Of a stretch of DNA of 64,000 nt, positions 42,575 through 51,398 are shown one piece after another; the stretch's first letter is position 1; each line of letters starts with the position of its first letter. Origin of the DNA: an uncultured Candidatus Rokubacteria bacterium. Lineage in GTDB: Bacteria; Methylomirabilota; Methylomirabilia; Rokubacteriales; CSP1-6. The translations under genes were made by a program, and so were the position numbers. The stretch is from positions 672,001-736,000 of the forward strand of contig CAWBMV010000034.1 in assembly GCA_963789955.1 (NCBI GenBank). The letters are read 5' to 3'. The notes beneath the pieces were generated by a model. The model saw nothing but the letters and a program-made list of their open reading frames with translations. It ran no database searches and was not told the origin of the DNA.

Positions 42575-43003
42575 ATGGCGCTCGCGGTGACCGAGGCGGA
42601 GCTTCAGCGCATCCTCGACGACGTCGCGTTCACCCGCTCCTACGGCTTCCGGCTGCAGGCGATCGGCGACGGCGAGTGCACCCTGGAGGTCCCGTTCCGG
42701 ACCGAGTTCGAGCGCCCCGGAGGGATCGTGAGCGGCCAGGTGTTCATGGCGGCCGCTGATGTCGCGATGTGGCTCGCGATCATGACTCGCCTCGGCGCGA
42801 CCGACGGCTCGGTGACCGCGGGCATGACGAGCGCGTTCCTGGGCGCGGCCCGCCGCGAGCCGTTTCGCTGCACCGCGCGGATCGTGAAGCTCGGGAGGCG
42901 GCTCGTCTACGGCGTCGCCGAGAGCGTGGGCGCCGGCGGCCGACTGCTCGCCCACCACTCCCTCACGTACGCCCGCGCCTCGCGCGCGGAACACCGCGAG
43001 TAG
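42575..43003 (+). CDS. PaaI-family thioesterase
   Basis: GGIVSG...MAAADVAM, ARIVKLGRRL. Confidence 0.85.
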   Translation: MALAVTEAELQRILDDVAFTRSYGFRLQAIGDGECTLEVPFRTEFERPGGIVSGQVFMAAADVAMWLAIMTRLGATDGSVTAGMTSAFLGAARREPFRCTARIVKLGRRLVYGVAESVGAGGRLLAHHSLTYARASRAEHRE

Positions 43004-43131
43004 CAGATTCGCGAGAAACGCCCAGCTGCGAGGCGGCGCCCGAAGGGCGCGCGCGAGGCGTACTCGCTGTACGTTGAGCGCGCGGACGAGGGCGCCGACG
43101 AAGCAGATGGGTGTTTCTCGCGGATCTGCTA
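43001..43131. mobile_element. 131-bp TA-bounded MITE-like element with 29-bp imperfect terminal inverted repeats
   Basis: TAGCAGATTCGCGAGAAACGCCCAGCTGC against reverse complement TAGCAGATCCGCGAGAAACACCCATCTGC (3 mismatches); both flanking TAG stops lie in its termini. Confidence 0.65.
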
Positions 43132-43893
43132 GCGCCGCTGGTGCATCTGCACCACGTGCCAGCCCGCGCGCTCGTCGTCCGTCGTTTCCGGCGCGCCTCC
43201 GCGCGAGGCGAGCCAGTAGGCGAGATCCCAGATCTCGTCGTCCTCGAGCACCTGGTAGTACGACGGCATCGGCGTCCCGTCGAGCCCGGTGAGCAGGGTG
43301 CGCACGATATCGCGCGCCGTCGGGCCGCTCTTGAGCGGGCGCCGCGTGAGGTCCGACGGCTTGATCGACAGATCCTTGGCCGACGGGCCGTCGCCGCGAG
43401 CGTCCTTGCCGTGGCACTCGGCGCACTCGCCCTTCACGTAGGCCTTCGCGCCGCGGGCCACCGCCTCCGGCGTCGTCGGCGGAGCGGTCGGGATCGCGAC
43501 GATCTTGGGCGACGGCATCGCGTCGAATCGTGGTGACAGGCTCTTGACGAACGCGATCACCGCCTGGACGTCGGCGTCGCTCAGGTGATTCTGCGGCACC
43601 ATGCCGGTGGAGGGGACGCCCTGGACGATCGTGCGGGCGAGATCGCCATCCGTCGGCACCTGACCGGAAGCCGTCGACCGGAACTTGAACCGTCCCTTGG
43701 TGAGATCGCGTGGCGGAGTCTTGAAGTGATTCGCCGCCATGCCCTGACCGTCGCCCGCGGCGCCGTGGCAGACCGCGCAGTTGTCGCGGAAGACGCGCTC
43801 GCCCACCGCGAGGTCGGGCGACTGTCCCGGGGCGCTCGCCGCCAGCCCGAAGACCGCGGCGACCAGGGCGAGCGCCCCGGGACGAACCGACAA
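43129..43893 (-). CDS. Periplasmic di-haem c-type cytochrome
   Basis: Signal peptide; CAVCH and CAECH, each followed by P.DLT and a distal Met (GMVP, PMPS). Confidence 0.88.
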   Translation of the reverse strand: MSVRPGALALVAAVFGLAASAPGQSPDLAVGERVFRDNCAVCHGAAGDGQGMAANHFKTPPRDLTKGRFKFRSTASGQVPTDGDLARTIVQGVPSTGMVPQNHLSDADVQAVIAFVKSLSPRFDAMPSPKIVAIPTAPPTTPEAVARGAKAYVKGECAECHGKDARGDGPSAKDLSIKPSDLTRRPLKSGPTARDIVRTLLTGLDGTPMPSYYQVLEDDEIWDLAYWLASRGGAPETTDDERAGWHVVQMHQRR

Positions 43894-43898
43894 AGGAG

Positions 43899-44243
43899 CT
43901 ACTCGAGGACGACGAGCTGACCGACCACGTGCGCCGGGTGCAGCTGGCACTTGATCGGGAAGATGCCGGCCTTGTCGGCAACGAACTTCACGTTCGACGT
44001 CTTCTCGCCGGGCACGACTTCCTTCACGCCGAACGCGGCGATCTCGAACCCGTGCTCGTCGGCATGACGGTTCACGAGCTGGAGCATCACGGTGTCACCC
44101 TTCTTGGCGGTGATCGACGTGGGCTCCCAGATTTTCACGTCCTGCGGCGTCACGACGTTGACGATGCGCAGCGAGATCTCGCCGGCTTGCGCCGCGGCGA
44201 GGCCGAGCACGACGATGACCAGGGCGATCGAGAGCGCTCTCAT
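43899..44243 (-). CDS. Cupredoxin, nitrosocyanin-like
   Basis: Signal peptide; EPTSITAKKGDTV, HGFEIAAFGVKEVV, ADKAGIFPIKCQLHPAH. Confidence 0.85.
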   Translation of the reverse strand: MRALSIALVIVVLGLAAAQAGEISLRIVNVVTPQDVKIWEPTSITAKKGDTVMLQLVNRHADEHGFEIAAFGVKEVVPGEKTSNVKFVADKAGIFPIKCQLHPAHVVGQLVVLE

Positions 44244-45421
44244 CGCTTGAAGTCCTCCTTGGCCGCCTTCAGTTTGGCGGGCGAGGCGAGCAGGTCGAGC
44301 GCCGTGAGGGCCAGCGCCTTGGCTCCCGCCACCATGCCCGCGCGCGCGATCGGCGAACGCGCCCACTCGGCGAACTCGCGCGAGTGTCCCGGCACGCCGT
44401 CAGGGGAGATCCGGATGTATGGATGGATCGTCGGCAGCGCCTGACTCACGTTGCCGCAATCGGTCGAGCCGTAGCCGGCGTCGCCCTCGTCGGGATCGAC
44501 CGGGAAGCCGATCACGCCGAGGTTCTGCTCGAAGAGATCCGCCATCGTCGGGTTCGGCTTGAGCGGATCGTGAATGGTCGCCTCGGCGGTCACCTCGGCC
44601 CGGCAGCCCGTCGCCGCCGCGGCGCCCTCGGCGCACGCTTTGAACCGCCGCAGCAGCTCCATGCAGTAGTCCTTCGTGAGCGCGCGCAGGTAGAAATCGG
44701 CCCGGGTGTACTCCGGGATGATGTTCGGCTGGTCACCGCCCTTGACGATGATGCCGTGCACGCGGGCGTCGGGCCGGAGCTGCTGGCGCATCTGGTCGAG
44801 ACCGACGAAGAGCTGGATGACCGCGTTCAGCGCGTTCACGCCGCGCCAGGGCCACGACGACGCGTGCGTCGCCTTGCCGTGGAACTCGGCCTTGACCTTG
44901 ACGATGCCGAGCGACGGCCGCCATACTTGCGTCCCGCTGCGTCCGTGGATCATCATCGCGGCGTCGACGTCACGGAATACGCCCGCCTCCATCAGCCGCA
45001 CCTTGCCGGCGCCGCCTTCCTCGGCCGGCGTGCCGATCACCTGGATCCGCCCCGCGAACGGCAGGGTGCCGAGCGCCACGGCGAGCGCGGCGCCGGCGCC
45101 GGTACCCGCGGTCGCGATCACGTTGTGGCCGCAGGCGTGGCCGATGGACGGCAGCGCGTCGTACTCGGCCATGATCGCGACGGTCGGGCCCGCGCCGGAG
45201 CCCTCGATCGTGGCCCGAAACGCCGTCGGCAGGCCGCCGACGCCCCGCTCGACCCTGGCGCCGTGCTTCTCGAGGAATTCGGTGAGCCAGGCGTGCGCCT
45301 TCTCCTCGTTGAAGCAGAGCTCCGGGTTGTCGTGAATCCTGTGCGACAGCGCTTCGAGGTCGTCGGCGAGCCGGTCGACCGCGCCCGCGACCTTGTGCTT
45401 CACGTCACCCGGCGCGCTCAC
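44240..45421 (-). CDS. M20D amidohydrolase (ACY1L2-like), copy 2
   Basis: IHDNPEL, AEYDALP.IGHACGHN, GTPAEEGG, GSTDCGNVS. Confidence 0.9.
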   Translation of the reverse strand: MSAPGDVKHKVAGAVDRLADDLEALSHRIHDNPELCFNEEKAHAWLTEFLEKHGARVERGVGGLPTAFRATIEGSGAGPTVAIMAEYDALPSIGHACGHNVIATAGTGAGAALAVALGTLPFAGRIQVIGTPAEEGGAGKVRLMEAGVFRDVDAAMMIHGRSGTQVWRPSLGIVKVKAEFHGKATHASSWPWRGVNALNAVIQLFVGLDQMRQQLRPDARVHGIIVKGGDQPNIIPEYTRADFYLRALTKDYCMELLRRFKACAEGAAAATGCRAEVTAEATIHDPLKPNPTMADLFEQNLGVIGFPVDPDEGDAGYGSTDCGNVSQALPTIHPYIRISPDGVPGHSREFAEWARSPIARAGMVAGAKALALTALDLLASPAKLKAAKEDFKR

Positions 45422-46590
45422 TTCGTCCTCTTGAACTCGTCCTGAGCGCGCTTGAGCAGACCCGGATCCGCCAGCAGGTCGAGGGTCGTCATGGCCATCG
45501 CCTTCGCCGCGGTGAGGGTACCGGTGCGCGCGAGCGGGGTCACCGCGGCCGCCTCGAAGGCGCGCGAGTGGATGGGCGTGTTGTCCGGCGCGATCTTCAT
45601 CAGCGGCTGGATCGTCGGGATGACCTGGCTCACGTTGCCCACGTCCGAGGATCCGAGCCGATCGACGAGGGGCGGCGCCTCGACGACGCCCAGCGACGTG
45701 ATGTTGGCGCGATAGGCGCCGAGCAGGGTCTCGTTGCGCTTCATCGGCTCGTAGACCGTGTCGTTGTGGGCGATCACCTTGACCGTGCAGCCGGTCGACT
45801 TCGCGGCGCCCTCGGCGCAGGCGATGACCTTCTTCTGCAGCTCCCACATGTAGTCGAGGTTCTTCGAGCGCACGTAGAACATGGCCGAGGCGAACTCCGG
45901 GATGATGTTCGGCGCCGCTCCGCCGTTCGTGATGATGCCGTGAATCCGCGCATCGGGGCGCACCTGCTGCCGGAGCATGCTGACGTTGTTGTACGTCTGG
46001 ATGGCGGCGTCGAGCGCGTTGACCCCTTCCCACGGATCGGCCGAGGCGTGCGCGGCCTTGCCGGTGAACTCGAAGCCGACCCGCACGATTCCGAGCAGAT
46101 CCATGTGGCCGACCCACTGATCGAAGCCGTGGACCATCATGGCCGCGTCCACGTCCTTGAACACGCCGGCCTGGATCAGCTTGACCTTGCCGCCTCCGCC
46201 CTCTTCGGCGGGCGTGCCGACCACGTGGATCCGTCCCTTCGGCAGCTTGTCGCGGACCGCGGCCAGCCCCGCGCCGGCCCCGGCTCCCGCGGTCGCGATC
46301 GCGTTGTGGCCGCACGCGTGGCCGATCGATGGCAGCGCGTCGTACTCGCACATGATCGCGATCGTCGGGCCCTCACCGGTTTCGATCGTCGCGCGAAACG
46401 CGGTCTCGACACCGGCCACGCCGCGCTCGACCTTGAACCCTTGTCCGGCGAGGAAGTCACCGAGCCAGCCGGCCGCCTTGACCTCCTGGTAGCAGAGTTC
46501 CGGATTGTCGTGGATCCGGTGAGAGAGCTTCTCGAGGTCGTCACCGAGGCGGTCGATCGCGGCGGCGATCGCGTCTTTGAGGGCGGTCAT
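45418..46590 (-). CDS. M20D amidohydrolase (ACY1L2-like), copy 1
   Basis: IHDNPEL, CEYDALP.IGHACGHN, GTPAEEGGGGK, GSSDVGNVS. Confidence 0.9.
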   Translation of the reverse strand: MTALKDAIAAAIDRLGDDLEKLSHRIHDNPELCYQEVKAAGWLGDFLAGQGFKVERGVAGVETAFRATIETGEGPTIAIMCEYDALPSIGHACGHNAIATAGAGAGAGLAAVRDKLPKGRIHVVGTPAEEGGGGKVKLIQAGVFKDVDAAMMVHGFDQWVGHMDLLGIVRVGFEFTGKAAHASADPWEGVNALDAAIQTYNNVSMLRQQVRPDARIHGIITNGGAAPNIIPEFASAMFYVRSKNLDYMWELQKKVIACAEGAAKSTGCTVKVIAHNDTVYEPMKRNETLLGAYRANITSLGVVEAPPLVDRLGSSDVGNVSQVIPTIQPLMKIAPDNTPIHSRAFEAAAVTPLARTGTLTAAKAMAMTTLDLLADPGLLKRAQDEFKRTK

Positions 46591-46694
46591 GTCAACTCTC
46601 CTGGCGAGCGGAATCGGGCCTGCCTGACAGGCGGTCAACTATACCACCGCCGATTCTGTTCGGCGGCCCGCCGGCCCCGCGCGGAAAGCTCGCG

Positions 46695-46991
46695 TCAGTC
46701 CTTCGCGAGTCCGGCGATCGGGACGGGTCGCATGGTCTCCAGCCCGATCCGGCGGCCCGTGACGTGTCGAACCTCACCGGCCACGGTGAACGAGCCGACC
46801 TCATCGCTCATGACGTCGATCCAGCAGACCTTGCCGCGCTTGAGCGCGGTCGTCGGCGCCACGGTCACCCAGAGACCGTTGCGGCTCGCGTCCCCGGCGC
46901 GCCCGAGAAGCGGCTCGTCGTCGACCCACAGACGCACGGGCCACGCGACGGGAATCCGGGGATGGCGTCGGCGCTCGGGCGTGGAGGTCAT
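46695..46991 (-). CDS. Stand-alone PilZ domain protein
   Basis: ERRRHPR (RxxxR) and DASRNG (DxSxxG), GEVRH...IGLE. Confidence 0.8.
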   Translation of the reverse strand: MTSTPERRRHPRIPVAWPVRLWVDDEPLLGRAGDASRNGLWVTVAPTTALKRGKVCWIDVMSDEVGSFTVAGEVRHVTGRRIGLETMRPVPIAGLAKD

Positions 46992-47162
46992 CGAATGGGT
47001 CGGGGGCGTCGGGTGAACGAGCGACGAGGCACGGTGTCCGTCGCGGGTGTACACGTTCCGTGCCACTGGCGAAGCGCTTGTCGCACAGGGGTTTCGGACG
47101 CGCCCGACGTGGCCGGCACGGCGAATCGTAAACTTCGTCGACGCTGTCATATACTGGGTTGA

Positions 47163-47549
47163 GTGACCAAGCGAGTCCTGATCGTCGACGACGAACCCCC
47201 GGTAGTCGAGGTCCTGAAGGATTTCTTCCGACAGTTCCGCCACGAGCACTCGTACGAGACCGAGTCGGCGAAGGATGGGGCGGAAGCGCTGATCGTTCTT
47301 CTGCGCGGGAGGTTCGATCTGATCCTTCTCGACATGCACATGCCTCGCATGGGCGGCCTGGAGCTCCTCAAGCAGATCCGCGGGCTCGGTGTGACCGTGC
47401 CGATCATCATGATCACTGCCAACGCGGACACGCGGGCCGCGGCCGAGGCGCTGGGCGGCGGCGTGTTCGCCTACATCCCGAAGCCGTTCGACATCCGCCA
47501 CCTCGACCACCTCGTCGCGCTCGCCATCTCGACCGCAACGCCGAAGTGA
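47163..47549 (+). CDS. Single-domain response regulator
   Basis: LIVDDE, DLILLDMHMP, IMITA, YIPKPF. Confidence 0.9.
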   Translation: MTKRVLIVDDEPPVVEVLKDFFRQFRHEHSYETESAKDGAEALIVLLRGRFDLILLDMHMPRMGGLELLKQIRGLGVTVPIIMITANADTRAAAEALGGGVFAYIPKPFDIRHLDHLVALAISTATPK

Positions 47550-47550
47550 A

Positions 47551-48453
47551 GTGACGGGCTCTCCGCGCCGCCGCGAGGCGCCGGGCGAGCGCTACGTGGT
47601 CATCGGCGCCACCGGCCAGCTCGGCTCCGATCTCGTCAGGACCTTCGACCGACCCGGCGAGCTCACGCCCCTCAGCACGCGCGACGTCGACATCCTCGAC
47701 CCTGCCGCCACGCGCTCGACGCTCGAGACGCTACGGCCGACCTGTGTCCTCAATACCGCGGCCTACAATCTGGTCGACCGCGCCGAGGAGGACGGGCGTA
47801 GCGCGTTCGCGCTGAATGCCGAGGCCGTCGGCTCGCTCGCCGACGTCTGCCAGTCGATCGGTGCGCGGCTCGTGCACTTCTCCACCGACTACGTGTTCGA
47901 CGGCGCCAAGCGCACGCCCTATCTCGAGACCGACCCGCCCCGGCCGCTGAGCGTCTACGGCGAGTCGAAGCTCGCGGGCGAGCGGCTGGCGCTCGAGCGT
48001 TGCGAGCGCGCGGTCGTCTTCCGCGTGTGCGGTCTGTTCGGCCTGGCCGGGTTCCTGGGCAAGGGAAAGGGCAACTTCGTCGAGACCATGCTGCGCGTCG
48101 GCCGCGAGGGACGACCGCTGCGCGTGGTCTCGGATCAGGTGCTGTGCCCGAGCTACACGCTCGATCTCGCGCGCAAGGTCTGGGCCGTGCTCCCGAAAGC
48201 GACCCACCCGGTGTACCACCTGACCAACGCCGGACAGACGAGCTGGTACGACTTCGCGCGGCGCAGTCTCGAGCTCGCGGGCGTGGCGGCCGATCTCACG
48301 CCGGTGACCGCGGCCGAGTACGGCGCCAGAGCTCGGCGGCCGGCCTACTCCGTGCTCGCCCACGCCAACCTCGCCGCGCTCGGCGAGGACGATCTGCGAC
48401 CCTGGGATCAGGCGCTGGTCGCCTACGTCGCCGAGCGGTCGTCGTCCCGGTAG
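47551..48453 (+). CDS. rfbD: dTDP-4-dehydrorhamnose reductase
   Basis: GATGQLG, NTAAYNLVDRAE, STDYVFDG, YGESK, ARRPAYSVL. Confidence 0.92.
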   Translation: MTGSPRRREAPGERYVVIGATGQLGSDLVRTFDRPGELTPLSTRDVDILDPAATRSTLETLRPTCVLNTAAYNLVDRAEEDGRSAFALNAEAVGSLADVCQSIGARLVHFSTDYVFDGAKRTPYLETDPPRPLSVYGESKLAGERLALERCERAVVFRVCGLFGLAGFLGKGKGNFVETMLRVGREGRPLRVVSDQVLCPSYTLDLARKVWAVLPKATHPVYHLTNAGQTSWYDFARRSLELAGVAADLTPVTAAEYGARARRPAYSVLAHANLAALGEDDLRPWDQALVAYVAERSSSR

Positions 48454-49307
48454 CGCTCCGCCAGCGCGAGCTGGGCCGTCACCCCGATCAGCTCGTTGAA
48501 GTCGCCGAACGGCATGTAGCGGTCGGCCAGCGCGCGGACGTCGTCGCGCGCCTTCGCCTGGGCGAGAAACGCGCGGATCGCCTGGACCGCGACGAGCAAG
48601 GTGTCGACCGGGAGCAGGATGATGGCGAACCCGAGCTCGCGAAGCCTCGCGAATGGCAGGAGCGGCGAGCGCCCGCCGGGCGCGTAGTTGTAGAGGAGCG
48701 GGGTCCGGAAGGCGCGCGCGACTTCCTCGACCTGGGCTTCGGTGCGGGGCGCCTCGATGAAGAGCACGTCCGCGCCGGCCTTCGCCGCCGCCTCGCCGCG
48801 CCGAAGCGCCTCGTCCAGGTCGACGGCGGAGATCGCGTCGGTGCGCGCGATGATCATCATGTTCGGATCGGTTCGCGCCTCGACCGCCGCGCGGATCTTG
48901 CCCACGAACTCGCTCCGCGGAACGATCTGGTGCCCGGACAGGTGGCCGCAGCGCTTCGGGGTGATCTGATCCTCGATGTGGAGCGCCGCCACGCCGGCCG
49001 CCTCGTACATCTGCACGGTGCGCCGGACGTTCAACGCGTTGCCGTAGCCGGTGTCCGCGTCGGCGATCAGCGGGACGTCGAGGATCGCGGCCAGGTTGCG
49101 CGCATGATCGGCCATCTCGCCGAGCCCGGCGAATCCGAGATCGGGGAGACCGAGCCGGGACGCCGCCGTGCCGTAGCCGGTCATGTACACGGCCGGGAAT
49201 CCGGCGTCCTGAACGAGCCGCGCCGAAATCCCGTCGTAGGCGCCCGGGACGACGAGCCCTTGCTTCTTGGACACGAGCTCGCGAAGCGCGGCCCGGCGAT
49301 CCGTCAT
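48423..49307 (-). CDS. Isocitrate lyase/PEP mutase family enzyme (methylisocitrate lyase-like)
   Basis: GAYDGISA, DADTGYG, IEDQITPKRCGH, IARTDA, GADVLFIEA. Confidence 0.9.
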   Translation of the reverse strand: MTDRRAALRELVSKKQGLVVPGAYDGISARLVQDAGFPAVYMTGYGTAASRLGLPDLGFAGLGEMADHARNLAAILDVPLIADADTGYGNALNVRRTVQMYEAAGVAALHIEDQITPKRCGHLSGHQIVPRSEFVGKIRAAVEARTDPNMMIIARTDAISAVDLDEALRRGEAAAKAGADVLFIEAPRTEAQVEEVARAFRTPLLYNYAPGGRSPLLPFARLRELGFAIILLPVDTLLVAVQAIRAFLAQAKARDDVRALADRYMPFGDFNELIGVTAQLALAERYRDDDRSAT

Positions 49308-50398
49308 GCGCGTCCTCCTCGCTCGGCGCGAGCGATCCGGCGCTCGAGCGCCGGGTGCGAATAGAGAAAGATCTCCTTGAGTCGGCTCGGGCGGCGCTCG
49401 GCGAGATTCAGTCCGCCGAGCCGCTCCATCGCCCCGATGAACGCGCGCGCGTTGCCGGTGGTGGCCAGCGCGAAGTCGTCGGCCTGTCGCTCGATCCAGC
49501 GTGAGAAGCCGTTCGCGAGCGGGAGCTGGACCAGGCCGAGCGCCATCACCACGAGCGCGAGCCACGGGAGCCCGGCCGGATCGGCCGGCCCGGAGAGGCC
49601 GAGGAGCGCGACGCCGAGGTCGAGCCCGAGCGCGGCGAGCCACATGGTGACGATCGTCAGCACGCTGTTGACCAGAAGCCCGCGGCGCATGTCGCCGTGC
49701 GCGTGGTGTCCCAGCTCGTGGGCGAGGACGGATTCGATCTCTTCGGGCCGAAACTCGGCGAGCAAGGTGTCGAAGAGAATGATCCGCCGCGTGCGGCCGA
49801 GCCCGACGACCGCGGCATTGGCGGTGCGGCTCTTCCTCGACTGGTCGGCGACGAAGACGCCGATCGCCGCCACCCCGGCCTGTCGCGCGAGCGCCAGCAG
49901 CCGATCGCGGAGGCCGCTGTCGGCGAGCGGCGTCAGACGATAGAAGAGCGGAACGATCCAGATCGGCACCAGCGCGGCCATCGCGATCTGCGCCGCGATG
50001 AAGATCGCCGCCGCGACGATCCACCAGAGCGGCGTCAGCGCGAGGAGCGTGTAGACGATCTCGACCGCCGCGAGCCCGAGCGCCCCGCCGATCAGCGCGG
50101 CCTTCAGGTGATCGGCGAGCCAGCCGCCGAGGGGCTGGTGGAGCAGCCCGAAGCGGCGCGGCAACCAGAACCCTCGGATCAGCTTCAGCGGAAGGGTGAG
50201 CACGCCTTGCCCGGCGCCGAGCGCGAGTGCGACCAGCGCGACCTGCCCCCAGCGCGCCGTCGTGACGCGCGCCGCCGCCCGCGCCAGGCTGTGACCTGCG
50301 TCCGTGAAGATCAGCGCGAGCAGGTACGCGATCGAGAGGCCGAGGCCGAGGAGCGACAGGAAGAGCTGGAGGCGATGGTAGCGATCGGCGTCGGCCAT
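49304..50398 (-). CDS. M48 (Ste24-like) membrane zinc protease
   Basis: TM helices, ANAAVVGLG.TRRIILFDTL, AHELGH, ERQADDFA, YSHP. Confidence 0.92.
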   Translation of the reverse strand: MADADRYHRLQLFLSLLGLGLSIAYLLALIFTDAGHSLARAAARVTTARWGQVALVALALGAGQGVLTLPLKLIRGFWLPRRFGLLHQPLGGWLADHLKAALIGGALGLAAVEIVYTLLALTPLWWIVAAAIFIAAQIAMAALVPIWIVPLFYRLTPLADSGLRDRLLALARQAGVAAIGVFVADQSRKSRTANAAVVGLGRTRRIILFDTLLAEFRPEEIESVLAHELGHHAHGDMRRGLLVNSVLTIVTMWLAALGLDLGVALLGLSGPADPAGLPWLALVVMALGLVQLPLANGFSRWIERQADDFALATTGNARAFIGAMERLGGLNLAERRPSRLKEIFLYSHPALERRIARAERGGRA

Positions 50399-50485
50399 GT
50401 GGCATTGTACACGTCCGGTCCGGCGGGCCTGGAGTCGGCGAAATGCCTGCTACAATGGCCGAAACTCGGGAGCAAGGGAGCCATC

Positions 50486-51394
50486 ATGTTCGAGTCCGTC
50501 GAGGAGGTCCAGAAGCGGTTCAGGGACGCGCGGTACATCGCGAGCCGCCGTGTGTCCACCGTCGTATTCCTGGCCGCGCGGATGGGTCGTCCGGTCCTCA
50601 TCGAGGGCCCGGCCGGAGTCGGCAAGACCGAGCTGGCGAAGACGCTGTCGGAGATCACGTCGCGACCGCTCATCCGTCTGCAATGCTACGAGGGACTCGA
50701 CGAGGGCAAGGCTCTCTACGAGTGGAAGTACGCCAAGCAGCTGCTCTACACGCAGCTCCTGCGCGAGCGTATCGGGGAGCTGATCGCCGACACGCCCTCG
50801 CTCCCGGACGCGGTGGCGAAGATCGCCGGCCAGGAGGACGCGTTCTTCTCGTTCCGGTTCCTCTCGCCGCGTCCGCTGCTCTCGGCGATCCAGGCCGATG
50901 AGCCGGTCGTCCTGCTCGTCGACGAGATCGATAAGGCCGAGCCCGAGTTCGAGGCGTTCTTGCTCGAGGTACTCTCGGACTTCCAGGTGTCGGTGCCCGA
51001 GCTCGGGACCGTGAAAGCCAAGCACATCCCGCTCGTCGTCCTCACCTCGAACAACGCACGCGAGCTCTCGGACGGGCTCAAGCGGCGGTGCCTGCACCTC
51101 TTCATCGACTTTCCGTCGGCGGCCGACGAGCTGCAGATCATCCGTTTGAAAGTTCCGGAGATCCCGGATCAGCTCGCGCGGGCCGTGGTCGCCGCGGTCC
51201 AGAAGATCCGCGCGATGGATCTTCGGAAGCTCCCGTCGGTCTCGGAGTCGCTGGATTGGGCGCGCTCGCTCGTGATCCTGAACGCGCGCGAGCTCGATCC
51301 GGGTATCGTCGAGTCGACTTTGACGATGCTGGTGAAGCACGAGAAGGACCTCGAGCGCGTCAAGGGCTCGCTCGACAAGGTCCTGGCGGAGTAG
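50486..51394 (+). CDS. MoxR/CoxD-like AAA+ ATPase
   Basis: EGPAGVGKT, RLQCYEGLD, LVDEIDKA, LTSN.ARELSDGLKRRC. Confidence 0.92.
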   Translation: MFESVEEVQKRFRDARYIASRRVSTVVFLAARMGRPVLIEGPAGVGKTELAKTLSEITSRPLIRLQCYEGLDEGKALYEWKYAKQLLYTQLLRERIGELIADTPSLPDAVAKIAGQEDAFFSFRFLSPRPLLSAIQADEPVVLLVDEIDKAEPEFEAFLLEVLSDFQVSVPELGTVKAKHIPLVVLTSNNARELSDGLKRRCLHLFIDFPSAADELQIIRLKVPEIPDQLARAVVAAVQKIRAMDLRKLPSVSESLDWARSLVILNARELDPGIVESTLTMLVKHEKDLERVKGSLDKVLAE

Positions 51395-51398
51395 CGCC

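Noticed and set aside
47050..47066. Sigma54 site upstream of pilZ (TGGCACG on the minus strand)
   Set aside because: The -12 position reads GT, not the conserved GC
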